Source of the DNA: Octopus sinensis
Taxonomy: Eukaryota
Length of the DNA: 64,000 nucleotides
Direction: 5' to 3'
Assembly (NCBI RefSeq): GCF_006345805.1
Contig: NC_043004.1
Coordinates: 23,126,001-23,190,000 of the forward strand
In this document: in pieces, positions 13,506-25,746 of the stretch
How positions within the stretch are numbered: the stretch's first letter is position 1
Layout of the letters: each line of letters begins with the position of its first letter
Notes under the pieces: generated by a model
What the model saw: only the letters and a program-made list of their open reading frames with translations
Databases searched by the model: none
Told to the model about the DNA's origin: nothing
Position numbers and translations under genes: made by a program

Positions 13506-15084
13506 CTTAAAAAAAAAGAAGAAAGCGGCTTGAGCAATTTCACAAAGTTGGTGAGCTTTATTTATCCATCACGGGTAAATCTGTGCTTGAGTACTGCTGT
13601 CATAAATTGTGTTTTGGAAAGCTCGCAATGGTAGAATAATTCCATTCGCAACAATCAGTAAATTGTTCCAACATATCTGGCGCAATAATGAATACATTCG
13701 TTCAATATAAACTCTGCTGAGCTAACACAGTTACTTTCATATATATATATATACATGCGTGCATATCACGAGTAAGCAACGGAATATATTGCCGTGTCTG
13801 TGTTTGAGTGAATTGTCGTAAAGAGAACTAAACTCTATCAATAGAATCTAGACGATAGAATATTTCTTAGTTGTTTATGGAATTCGCATTATGACTGTCA
13901 TTAACATAAAAATTAACTGCTGGCTTGAGTTTATATGTTTGTTCTGTTCTTTTGTATATTGTTCTTAAATTCTTTTCGATTTTGATATGAGAAAATTGTA
14001 GACAGTTTAAAATCTAGAAAATACTTTTGAAGCATGATTTTAAGCTCAAAACACGTAATTGTCAGTTCCTAAAATCATAAAAATGCAAATTAGCGATAAC
14101 ATATCCGTCAGCATAAATGGGAACTATGGTAAAAGATTTGTAAAAGCTTCAGTAAAAGAGTAAACTGATGTATCTCTAAATGTGGGTTTAGTATATGTGT
14201 ATGTGTATACAGATAACTGAGTGCGTGAATTTATGTGTATGGTTGTGTATATGTATGCATGTGTAGGCTTAATAACACTAGATTTTGACTTTACAGTGTG
14301 CCTATTAAAGCATATAGAAATGTCTGTTTTACTCAAAGAACTGTCGACAACAAAGATTTGCATCAACTTAAATGGATTCTCTTTGTCAAATTTATAAAAT
14401 TTACCATTTTTTCTTTCGCAGCTATAATGCAGATTTACAAAGGCGTTTGGTGCACTAAATTTATAACTATGACATTATTTTCTTCTTCTGCATTTCCATG
14501 CATCACTGTACAAATTTGCGGATTAGAGATTTGCAACGTTTTAGTTGTTTTAAAACGTGATTGATCAGATAGCACAAATTGATCAAAAAAGCATTAGCAG
14601 ATCGATGCCACAACTATGGTAATATACTGAAAATATTACAACTTACATCAAAGACAGTAGAACAGATTGTAGAGATTGAAAACGGAATCACAATAGCATT
14701 AACCCTAGAATTAATCCCATATTCAAAGTGTAGTTTCCTACATGATTTCCTGCCACCGACAACAGGAAAAATGCACAAAACAGAACGACTTCCTGTATAT
14801 GATGTAGTAACTTAACTAAGACATTCGATACTGGAGATAAATTCACTCTAGATACGATTGTTTAAGAAATTTATAATCTATGGTAAAGGCCCATCATGTA
14901 GACTCATTGGACGTATTTGGTAACAACATTTGGTAACAGCATTTGGTAACAATATTGATGCCAACACTGTTCTCAACTTCTTTTGTAACAATGCTACAAG
15001 TCTCCCACGACCTTCAGAACAAAGTACCTCCGTACTGTAGAACTCTTCAGCATTGCCCATTCTAGAGCAAAAATGAGAATCCGT

Positions 15085-15486
15085 ATAGGCGCAGGAGTGG
15101 CTGTGTGGTAAGTAGCTTGCTTACGAACCACATGGTTCCGGGTTCAGTCCCACTGCGTGGCACCTTGGGCAAGTGTCTTCTACTATAGCCTCGGGCCGAC
15201 CAAATTCTTGTGAGTGGATTTGGTAGACAGACACTGAAAGAGGCCCGTCGTATACATGTATGTATATATATATGTGCGTGTATGTTTGTGTACCTGTGTT
15301 TGGCCCCCAACACGCTTGACAACCGATGCTGGTGTGTTTACGTCCCCATAACTTAGCGGTTCAGCAAAAGAGACCGATAGAATAAGTAATAGGTTTACAA
15401 AGAATAAGTCCTGGGGTGAATTTGCTCGACTAAAGGTGGTGCTCCAGCATGACCACAGTCAAATATCTGAAACAAGTAAAAGAGTA
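15085..15486 (+). mobile_element. Full-length tRNA-derived SINE, family B (octopus OK/OR-type), with internal (TA)/(TG) microsatellite
   Basis: Head ATAGGCGCAGGAGTGGCTGTGTGGTAAGTAGCTTGC with A-box TGGCTGTGTGG and B-box GGTTCAGTCCC. Body has GCTTGACAACCGATGCTGGTGTGTTTACG. Tail has GCTCCAGCATGACCACAGTCAAA...AAAAGAGTA. Multiple homologous copies occur in the window. Confidence 0.9.
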
Positions 15487-16936
15487 TCCTTCTAGATCTA
15501 TTGGGTCCAGATTACAACTTGTTAGTCACTCATGTGCCACTTCGCATGCAGAGGATTGTGAATGTATTCTAGACTCTATCTAAGACACTGTCCTGAATAG
15601 TTTAACATCAAAACGGCACAAGTGGTATCCCAGTCAAGCTCTATATCAACACATTAAGAAGGCATCATATTTGAAAGCGTCAATATGAAAACTACAAGTG
15701 TATGTAATTTGGCTATGCACTATCGACAGATGGTTGTGTTGACAGTAAATAGAAGTGATAGCAAAAGCAATCACACCGTCTGGTGGACAGAGTCGTCGCT
15801 ATCTAATAACCACGAATGATTTTGGAACATGACACTGCGTAAGCATCTGGTGACGAAGGTTCATAACATGAAGATGACTCATCTGTGCTGCACTTGGAGA
15901 AACACAAGGAGCGACCCAATTCCCAGTAGTGAGTAAATAGAGCGAGTAGAACTGTCAAGAATTAAAACTCTTCATTAAGAAAGCTCTACATAAGAAAGAA
16001 CATGCTACCTGAATGTCTGCCTAAGCAGTAACTGATAATTCATTGAAAGGCAAACTTCGCCTTCACTAAATGCACATCATCGAGAGAAATCTGAAAAACT
16101 GAAATATGGCTCTAATACCATTGGACATTCAGCTAAAGAATACCTGGAGGGTTGGTGATTAAATAATTATAAAGGCATTGGCGTTGTTATGATTGACAAT
16201 ATTAGAGAGCGCAAAAGAGCAAGATGGTTGTTGCTGTGATTGTTGTTGTTAACCTGTGGCTCTCTTTGATTAACCTGGCCTTTTGTGTCGACAAAGGCTT
16301 TGCACCCTCTATCACCCCCATACCCGTATATAGCAAGTACAACAGTATCATCTGCGTCTTTTCCTTTAAAAAAATTTTAAGGTTGTAATCTGAGGGAATT
16401 TAGTTGTTATTCTTAGCAGCTTTTGTTAGCTCTGGTTCACCGGTTGGAATAGTCTGTGCCGGCTCTGAAAGTTAAGTAAATACTTTGAAACGACGAATCA
16501 AAGTTGGCGCGATCAAAATATTATGCAAGAACTGATGTTATAAACCACATTCTTTTCCCGATTGAATTATGTAATAATCTGCAGTGCTTTTGCGTGTTGT
16601 TGTTTGAAATTTTTGATTCGATAGAAAGCTGGAATGGTATAAAATATTTTGGCAAATCCTCACTATAGGCGAATTTTAAAGTATTCTTTAGATGATAGCA
16701 GCTATAATATTTGTTGAAATTTAATTAGAATAGAAGTGTTTGCATAATGTTTGCACCATTTCATGTACTTTGAAGTGTTCTAAAAATATTTGAATAATAT
16801 AGAAATTTATAGTGTATAGTTTTCTATAATTTTTTTGTTGATATTCCTTTGGTGTCAACACTTAACTTTCATCCCTGTATGTTGCAAACAAACAAAAAAA
16901 AAATAACACCTAGCTTTATTCATTTGATTATCAACA

Positions 16937-16980
<44 letters not shown>

Positions 16981-16998
16981 ACACACACACACACAAAC

Positions 16999-17088
16999 CA
17001 GACTTCTTTGAAACACTGACTTTGTGCCAAATCAAAATCAATTATTTCTCCATCATTTACCAAACTCCGTAGAATTCGATGCAAATTT
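16999..17088 (-). CDS. Candidate coding exon 2 (90 bp, phase 2-2), NLHRILRSLVNDGEIIDFDLAQSQCFKEV
   Basis: Acceptor TTTTGTTTACCAG| and donor TG|GTTTGT. In frame with the candidate exon at 17179-17306 across a 90-bp intron. Confidence 0.35.
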
Positions 17089-17178
17089 CTGGTAAACAAA
17101 ATTGTAGTAGATTCCATTCTGATTTTAATCTTGTTCTTATAAATTGCTACTGTTTTATGGGAAATGGAAATGACTTAC

Positions 17179-17306
17179 TCAGAAGGAAGAGTAACACCCA
17201 AGACATTTGTAAGAATCTCCGAAACTAGTAGAAGGAAGAAACTTATTTCCAAACCAGGCACTCGGTCCAAATTCTTAAAGAAGATTAGACTCCTTAAGAC
17301 ACCCAT
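17179..17306 (-). CDS. Candidate first coding exon of a small membrane or secreted protein, MGVLRSLIFFKNLDRVPGLEISFFLLLVSEILTNVLGVTLPS
   Basis: ATG at 17306 with an in-frame TGA two codons upstream. Hydrophobic stretch ISFFLLLVSEILTNVLGV. Perfect GTAAGT donor at 17178-17173. Two more GTAAGT donors lie within 300 bp upstream, possibly UTR exons. Confidence 0.35.
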
Positions 17307-20300
17307 GGATCAAGTGAGGGTGTTAAAACTGATGATGGTTGAAGCTTGTCTCTGAGGAAAGGGATCGATCCCTCCGACGAATCTCCACCTAGTTACTGTC
17401 CAGCAAATTTCACTTACAAAGCTTTAGACAACCCAGGTCTATAACAGTCACTTACCGAACTGTCGCACAGTGAGATCAAATCTTTAACTACGAAATAACA
17501 AAGAGAACTTCTTAACCACTCGCTATTCTTGTAACCAATATGGTACGTGTCCTTGAAATGTCTCTTTATATGACGCAGCCTAACATTTTCAGAAAATTCC
17601 AGCCAAATCATAACAATTTACCTGAAAATACCTTTTTATGACTTTTATCATCTGTTTCATTCCACATAGCAACTCCGCTGGAGTAATTTTTCAAATGTAC
17701 AATATATTGAAGGTTCACATCATGTTTATAGATTTTTAACTAATCTAATCTATTCCAAATTCTAAGCAAGTTAAGAGTTCTTCCTTGAAGAAAATCGCTG
17801 ATCCAAACATATGAATATAAAGCAAACTTTAGACTTGATTTTTTTTTCATAAAGAAGTTGCTTAACAATGAAGCTATGCATGGCATGACTAGTAGTAAAT
17901 GTAGCAGTATGTATCGCCAACAGTAGTCATCGAATCGGCGATACCGCTTTTAAGAAATGTCTTCTTTTCAGCAACTTTCCTTTGTTTATCTTTCATCCTC
18001 GTTCTTCCTGAAAATCAATTATTCATTTTTATGGAAGAATGGGAAAATGTCCGTAAACCAAGCAGCTTGCTTCTAATAATAATGGCGTGATTTTTGTTTG
18101 CCTCGCAATCGAAGATACTTATTTAAATATCGAGGAACTTTGGTTTACACAAGAATATTCACTCCTGCAGCTATTTGCATTTAATGTGTAACAAACCACA
18201 ATTCTCTGTGTTACTATATTGAATCACTCTACTCAAACATATCGTTGTCTACAACTATAGATATCTCATTATATACACAGTGTACATATAATGAAACTGC
18301 AGTGCAACTTCATAAAACGTTCTAAACGGAATATGATAAGTCAGCAAATTTATATTTTAACAGTTCCTAATGGTGGCGAAATAATACAGTAAGGATGTAT
18401 ATTTCAAAGAAATGCCATCTCAGTGATCATGGCTACATATATCAAAAACTGTTCACATGTAAACAGGACATACTTTCAAAAAAGTTATAAAGTCAATTTT
18501 ATTAAGCCCAAAGTTGAACAGGTACATATTTCATATTTCTGGGAAGCGGAAGAACACGGTTGAGCATGGAAGGAACTGAACTCCGAATCTAAACAGACGT
18601 AACAAAATACGGAAAAGTACTTCGACAGCGCATCGATCATTACTAGAGATATAGTATGAATTCGAATATCATACACTCTCATTTTTTAACCAACTAGTAT
18701 AGCTATCGTAGATTTCTTGATCATTTTACGCTTCCGTTTAAATTTTATACTTAAAGATATAAACATTATACACCATGATTAACATTATAGACCATGATCC
18801 AGTAAGCTTATAGTTAAATACATTGTAGCCATGACCATCTGATAGATTTCCGGCATACTGACCACTGGACTGCATTACCTAATGTATCCTTCTTTTGAGA
18901 ATTGTTAGCTATCAATGACATACGTTTGGTTGATATTTTATTAGCAAGCCGAGCGACCATGTACAGGCTTTTCATTGTTTATAACATTAAGTCCCTAAAG
19001 TATTTGTTATGTTAAGCCAACTGATCAAGTCCGTAGTCTTTATTTCATTTCTATTGGACCATGCTTCATTTTTGGATTATGAAAGCAAATGTAAACTGAA
19101 AACAGCATTTGGGAAAAAATTTCATTACTGATCGAATACGTAAGGATTACCTTGTCGTGTGATAATGTGCCACTTTGTAATCATGTAAACAGCTAGATAG
19201 ATGGTAGGTAGGTAGATAGGTAGGCAGGCAGGCAGGCAGGCAGGCAGGCAGACGGACATACACATACATATATACATGCATGCACATATGCAGGCACGCA
19301 TTTTTATATACAAACAGGCTTACAAACAGAAGAGTAATCAGCTTATTTAGAGTTGCAATTTTTGTTTTAACTCGGAATTACGTTATGTCCACAGAATAAA
19401 AATAATTGTGGCTAATTGCACTCTCATCCAAATTCGTTTAGTCTCCCTTCTACCAATCACCTCCGCACTTTTAGTCATAACTTCTTTTGCCTACGTTACA
19501 ATGATAATATTTTCATTGATTTAGTGCTGATAAATCATTTATTTGTTTTTAGGTTTTTATTTAAACCTTTAAAATATAAATCACTTATATACTTAGGTTT
19601 TAATGGCTTACCCACTTAAAGATATTCAAGCAAACATGGATGTATAGTCACATAAATTTTGAAAGCATATACAAAAGACAAAATCATGTCACTTAGCATG
19701 CTTTATAATCTCGGGGAAATAATGGAGGGAAAGAGTAAATGATTCATTCAATAAATTTCCAAGGTGCATTAGAATTAAAACCTTGCTCTGCAAACGGATA
19801 ATCTATGAGACCGGTGTAAAGAAATGTTTCACTTTGAAGCAGCTGTCTCTATAGATTTTTATCGTTTTTTATGTTACACTTATAAGCTAAATTTGACCAA
19901 GTTGAATATTTTCATTTGAAATGTGTGCATGTACAATTTAAAAGCACTTGTATATATTTATATCTACAAATAAGATTGAGTAACAGCTTGTTTTCAAAAG
20001 AATTTTTCCATGAATAATACCTTTACACCTTTTGTGTGGATATGAACGTTTGTTTGACAATTCGATAATTTCTTTGCTTAGATTTCATAAATGTTGATTA
20101 ATTGTCCATTTCCTAAGTAAGATTTTCGTTCTAATGTATCATGGAAAATTCTATAATAAATCATTTCTTTACTTATCCGTAATATTAATATGCTATATCA
20201 CATTATTTTTCACTTTTGTATATGCTCTCAAAATTTTTTGTGAATATATATCTGGATTATTTTAAGTATCTCTATGTACATAACTTTTACCCATTATTCA

Positions 20301-20780
20301 AGCTTCTAGCATATTAAGTAATTTCTATATGTATTTTATAGATAAGTATTTTATATTTCATTTCTATACCGACACATGTTGTTTTGCGATTGTTGATTGC
20401 ATAGATAATTATTTGTAAACCATATTTACATATTTATACTCTGATCATAACGCTTATCTCAGTATTTTGTGTATATATAGCGAGTTATCAATCACCCCAT
20501 ATTCAGCAGTTATTTTTTTAAATAGAACTAAAGTTAAGTTATTGCTTAAGTTTACCTTCTCATCCCAGTAGTTCGAAGGTTCATGTTTCCTAGAACTTCA
20601 CTGAAACGACCAGTCGTCAAACTTGTTTAAGAGTCTAATATGTTACAGTATTTATTCGGGGTTTTTGCGATCTCATTTCAAATCTTGTCGAGATCAGTTT
20701 TCATCATTTCATTATTTAAAAGTCGATAAAATAAAGTACCAGTCAAGTACGGAGTTTGATTCCTCTTTCCCTCTCATTCG

Positions 20781-20819
<39 letters not shown>

Positions 20820-21637
20820 TCCTCTCTGAATTGAATGCATTACCGTAGTTCATGAGAGAACACTCTATATATCCCTCAAAGGCAACTACTTTCAGTCTAT
20901 TGCAGGTTATCAAACTACTGGCGAGAGTATACTTTATTATAATGAAACTGAGTCTTTTTATGTGAGCTACTATAATACACCAGTTTGACTTCTTGTCTGC
21001 TGCACACTCTAGTCTTGACACCAGAACAACTGTTTCAGAAATAGAGAAAAATCTGTCAAACAGTAATCCACCACTGTAGTGTCATTCCCTTAATCTCTCA
21101 CAACTACCCGTCATCTAATTTTCGTTTCTTTCATTACTTCACACCTCTAATTTGAGCTTTAACGAGATTAGCTTTATTACTTCGTCCATCAAGGTAATTT
21201 AATAATTAAGATTAAATTGTTTTTATTGTTATGTATCCACAGATAAAAGCTGATCAAATTTATTCCGGTTCTCACCCAAAAATGAGGCGATATCTAAAAC
21301 TATATCATCCAGTGTAGTAAATTGTGAATTGATTAGGAGAGCGTAAGCGGTTTTATTGCTAGTAAATCGACCAAACGCACAAAGGTATCTTTATTGGTTG
21401 GAGTATATTGCTGTTTAACTCCAGCTTTTATGAAGATTCTGAGAAGCCTTCCAACGCGATCATTCAGTTTGTGTATGCATGTTATCATACTGTGTACCTA
21501 TGACTGCTCTATCCAACATGACCTTCTCTTACTAAGACAATACGTAGAACGTGATTTAGCTACTACGTATAGCACGTTGAGGTTTTTTAGTTCGTTGCAG
21601 CTGTTTAGTTCCATGTCAACTCTGAATAAGCAGGTTG

Positions 21638-21889
21638 GCGAGCAAAAACATTCCAGTTGTAACCATCAGCTTATTATCAAACAATTTATCTGACTTTGGC
21701 CTTTATAAAATTGATTAGACGGAGTTTGAGTGGAATATAGACTTATTTCTGGAAGATGATTGGACCTCGTACAGGCTTATGCCATCATTGGCCGCAGTCA
21801 TTATGCAGACGGCCATTCAGTTATGGCTACAGTATATATTATTGTTCATTCATGAAAAAGAACGACGTGACTAGACACGAGATACGGAC

Positions 21890-21964
<75 letters not shown>

Positions 21965-22052
21965 TCATTGTAAAGTTATATCTTCGCAGAAAACTTTCTT
22001 CAGATATTCTGGTCGGGTGCATTACTTTTTTTATATGTCTTGTCATTTTTGA
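21638..22052 (+). pseudogene. Possible decayed Cys-loop (pentameric ligand-gated ion channel) ectodomain fragment
   Basis: ID*TEFEWNIDLFLEDDWTSYRL matches the spacing of the GABA-A/Gly-type ([23 protein letters not shown]). Then AIQLWLQYILLFIHEKE (cf. ADQLWxPDxFFxNEK). After a frameshift and a (TTA)n tract comes QKTFFRYSGRVHY (cf. TKATLNYTGRVEW) and SC. No intact Cys-loop or TM region was found. Confidence 0.35.
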
Positions 22053-22252
22053 GAGATTATATGCTGAAGGTGTATGACAGCTGACCTCTCTCATGGGTAT
22101 TTCCTGAAGAAGAAATGCCTGCCTCCATTATATAACCGGCTACTGTTATATATCGACGTACGAGAAACCTGGCTGCAAATTTCGAAGACATATCCCAGTA
22201 ACAAACGCAATCTATTATTGTTTAAATATATATATATATATTATATATATAT

Positions 22253-22294
<42 letters not shown>

Positions 22295-22445
22295 GCAGTT
22301 TAAAAGTTATCGTATTTCTGTAACTAATTTTTTAATGCTGTATATATGATCTCAGTATACATTTAACATGTCCATACTGTATCAGTATATTTTCATACGC
22401 ATAAACACACGCATACTCATACACTCAGAGAGAATATAAATATAT

Positions 22446-22477
<32 letters not shown>

Positions 22478-23139
22478 GTACGTATGTATATGCTTCCAAC
22501 AAATATGTGTCTAATGCGCGTATGCAACCTCTGTGTCTGTGTGCGCGTGTGTGTATGTATGATGCGAGAAGATATACCGTAGAAATAGAAGTAAAATAAT
22601 CGATTATCTGATAGATTAACGTGAAATCGATATTTACTCTATAACATTGATATTTTTATAAATCTATTATTGTTGTTATTTATATTCTTATGTGTTTCAG
22701 TAACGCTTTCTTTTTTGCTTTTTTTTTTTGGCTTCGATAAATTCACAAACCTATATATAATTGTCTTTCATCTTCATGCTTTCGACTATTCCCAGACTCG
22801 TGGAATTACTAACACACTAATTGCAGCTAAATTCTATGTAAAATATAAATGAAACATTAGAAATGATATTTTTGTTTCTAGATGAAAGTTTGGTACAAGG
22901 TGTTACCTTTATTCCAAGATATACTGCTGTAACCCATACACTCATAGTTAAATCAGTTGAAAATTAACAAGAAACTGAAAGGCATTAGTATTAAATTCTT
23001 TTACTTTTTTACTGGTTTCATGTGGGAGCAATGACGTCATCAAGGAATTCAGTCGATTATAGTGCTCTCACTACTGATAAATTTTTCTTCGATCTACATG
23101 TTATCGAATCTCTCAGACACTCAAACACGCACACACTCA

Positions 23140-23191
<52 letters not shown>

Positions 23192-23194
23192 ATA

Positions 23195-23624
23195 ATGAAG
23201 GATAACATTCTTTTTTCGAAAAAACTATATTCTTTTTAAAAAAAAATGTTATCAATGGCCAGCATATCAAAAAATACCTTTAAAGGTTAAATCTATAAAC
23301 AATTCATAATTAAGGGCAAACGAAAAAATTTCTAATGCCAGATATGCCGAAAAATTGGACATATTGTCCATTAACCATATAATTTATTCACAATATGCAC
23401 GCTACTCGAAAAAAGGTCGACAGAAATTTCTAACATATTCCATTATTACCATATCGGACCGATTTCAGAGTTAGCTTCGTCAGTGATACATGTGGCAAAA
23501 AGAAATAAATGAGATACTTACTCATACCCACGGAAGAAGGTAAAATTATATGGTTAATGGACAATATGTCCAATTTTTCGGCATATCTGGCATTAGAAAT
23601 TTTTTCGTTTGCCCTTAATTATGA

Positions 23625-23629
<5 letters not shown>
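23195..23629. mobile_element. PLE-type terminal (pLTR) remnant between TA tracts with a perfect 87-bp inverted duplication and a hammerhead motif in the spacer
   Basis: 23299-23385 is the exact reverse complement of 23543-23629, checked base by base. The minus strand 23490-23449 reads GTATCA-CTGACGA-AGCTAACTCT-GAAA-TCG-GTC-CGATAT. Confidence 0.65.
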
Positions 23630-23696
<67 letters not shown>

Positions 23697-23925
23697 ATAT
23701 ATATAAGTTCAAATAAAGATTTCAAACCTTATTAAGGGATTGCAAAATCCTATCAAAGTACTGGTTAGTTACCTATACAAACACTGTTGAACATTACATT
23801 TAATATTCAACTATAACATAACTATATAAACCGTGGTTTATGTATGTTTATTTATTGCAATACGATAAGAAACAGAGAAATAATTAATAAATTATTATTT
23901 ATTAATTAAAACATTGATAAAGGTA

Positions 23926-24076
23926 TCTTACAGTTGTTTCAATTCTAGACCTTCAGAAAAATAATTAATAAAATTGAAATCCATTTCAAATCTAACTCTG
24001 AGGAATTCAACTTTCGAATAATTTTTAATTCTATTAATTAATTTTCTGATGGTCTAGAATTGAAACAGCTGCAAGA
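23926..24076. repeat. About 45-bp imperfect inverted repeat carrying a hammerhead-like motif in each arm
   Basis: 23926-23970 vs 24032-24076, about 4 mismatches. The arms read CTGA(T/A)GG-TCTAGAATT-GAAAC-A(G/A)CT-G(C/T)A. Confidence 0.75.
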
Positions 24077-24212
24077 GATGTTTGTCAACTTTTTAATGAA
24101 TAATAAGTTACTTATTATCTCTCTATTCTCTCATCTTATATATACACGCATATATACATACACATACTTATATATACCATATATATATATATAATATATA
24201 TATATATATATA

Positions 24213-24292
<80 letters not shown>

Positions 24293-24409
24293 ATATATAT
24301 ATATGTATATATAGATGGAATTTGCAAAAAATGAACAAAACAAAATACGAAAGATGTGTGTGTACACAACAAACAGATGTATTAGTTTAACGCTCGGGAA
24401 GTGAGAAAG

Positions 24410-24447
24410 TATTTTACGTTTCGAGCCTACGCTCTTCAACAGAAATA
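24410..24447 (-). ncRNA. Minimal hammerhead-like motif (variant core CUGUUGA) in a PLE-type repeat
   Basis: TATTT-CTGTTGA-A-GAGC(GTAG)GCTC-GAAA-CGTA-AAATA: 5-bp stem I, 4-bp stem II, palindromic ACGT stem III. A6 of the core is replaced by U. Confidence 0.45.
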
Positions 24448-24487
24448 AACAGAGAGAAAATAAAAAAGGTCCAGTGGCTAGCGATCA

Positions 24488-24530
<43 letters not shown>

Positions 24531-24843
24531 ATGTATGTATATATATATATATGTATGTTTATATATATATATGTATGTAATATATATATATATGTATGTA
24601 TTATATATATATGTATGTATATATATATGTATATATATATATATGTGTGTATATATAAATATATATGTAGTAGTATATATATATTATATGTATATATATA
24701 TATATATATATAATATATATATATACAAAAAGCAATAAAGATTCAAGTTAATTTAAATGAATTTACTTGAATATGGTACCTAACTTAGATGCACCAAAAA
24801 AAACTATACTGTTTTTAACAATACAGTAATGTGGGTGATTGTA

Positions 24844-24934
24844 TTTTAGCTGATGAGTACGGGACACGTTTATATGCTGTAATTTTTACAACTTTTAATA
24901 AAGCCTGTCCTTGTATGAAACGATTGTACTAAAA
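24844..24934 (+). ncRNA. Type I hammerhead ribozyme (complete fold)
   Basis: Stem I TTTTAG(24844-49)/CTAAAA(24929-34). Core CTGATGA (24850-56). Stem II GTAC-G-GGACA...TGTCC-TT-GTAT with a 39-nt loop. GAAA (24917-20). Stem III AC-GATT-GT. Cleavage triplet GUA, predicted cut after 24928. Confidence 0.75.
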
Positions 24935-25184
24935 ACCTATCCATTCTTGTTGCTTCTTCTTTCTCGCGTATATATATATATATATATATGTATGTATTTA
25001 TATATATATGTATATGTATGTATATATATATATATACATATATATATATGTATATATCTATGTATATATATATATATGTATATATGTATGTATATATATA
25101 TATGTAGGTATATATATATATGTATATATATATGTATATATATATATGTATGTATATATATATATATATATATATATACGTATG

Positions 25185-25217
<33 letters not shown>

Positions 25218-25412
25218 GTATGTATATATATGTATCTATATATATATGTATGTATTATATTTATGTATTATATATATATCTATATTATGTACATATATGT
25301 ATGATATATATATGTATGTATTATATAATATATGTATGTACATATATGTATGTATATATATATATGTATGTACATATATGTATGTATATATATATATATG
25401 GATATATATGTA

Positions 25413-25446
<34 letters not shown>

Positions 25447-25569
25447 TGTATGTATATATAAATGTATATATATATACACGACATGAGTAGACTCTTTATC
25501 AGGGTTCTGTAATTTCTAGCCGAACAATCACATAGATGATTTGTTTACAGTGGTCAAATATTTCTATTC

Positions 25570-25746
25570 ACATAAGCTTTCAAATCGTTACTAGCTGCAG
25601 AGGTACACAATGTGCGATATTCCAAATGACGAAATGATCGCTCAGCTACTTTGCTCAAGAACACAACGCAACTCATGGTCTGGGAATCGAAACCATGACC
25701 TCGTAATCGTGAGTGCACCACCTCAACCGCTAAGCCATGCACCTTC
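25570..25746 (-). mobile_element. Degenerate tRNA-headed SINE fragment (related copy at about 11020-11168)
   Basis: The minus strand begins GAAGGTGCATGGCTTAGCGGTTGAGG...GGTTTCGATTCCC, with A- and B-box-like motifs. Confidence 0.65.

Larger units (their letters stand above)
24136..25480. repeat. Very long compound (TA)n/(TATG)n microsatellite complex interrupted by two short unique islands (about 24310-24490 and 24725-24968)
   Basis: Directly visible. It is the source of the poly-YI ORFs in the track. Confidence 0.95.

Noticed and set aside
14915-14953. 13-bp tandem triplication ATTTGGTAACA(A/G)(C/T) creating TKCCYQ in the 14878-15060 ORF, superficially like an insulin A-chain
   Set aside because: The cysteine pair is a by-product of the short tandem repeat, and the other insulin cysteines are missing.
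15085-15165. tRNA-like sequences with A and B boxes (here and at 12.3, 25.7, 26.7 and 38.1 kb)
   Set aside because: These are SINE heads. They have no complete cloverleaf or acceptor stem and continue into SINE bodies.
15590-15830. Very degraded LINE-like peptides here, at about 33.9-34.3 kb (-) and at 35.5-35.9 kb (-)
   Set aside because: They are probably old RTE/CR1 relics, but are too decayed to call boundaries or clade by eye.
18560-18660. HMG-box-like peptide AWKELNSESKQT on the + strand
   Set aside because: Only about 12 residues, bracketed by stops, with no rest of the domain. Chance is likely.
24136-25486. Long ORFs of 80-191 aa rich in YI/VC repeats (also at 45.3-45.8 kb, 62.3 kb and elsewhere)
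   Set aside because: They are stop-free translations of (TA)n, (TG)n and (GA)n microsatellites, not genes.
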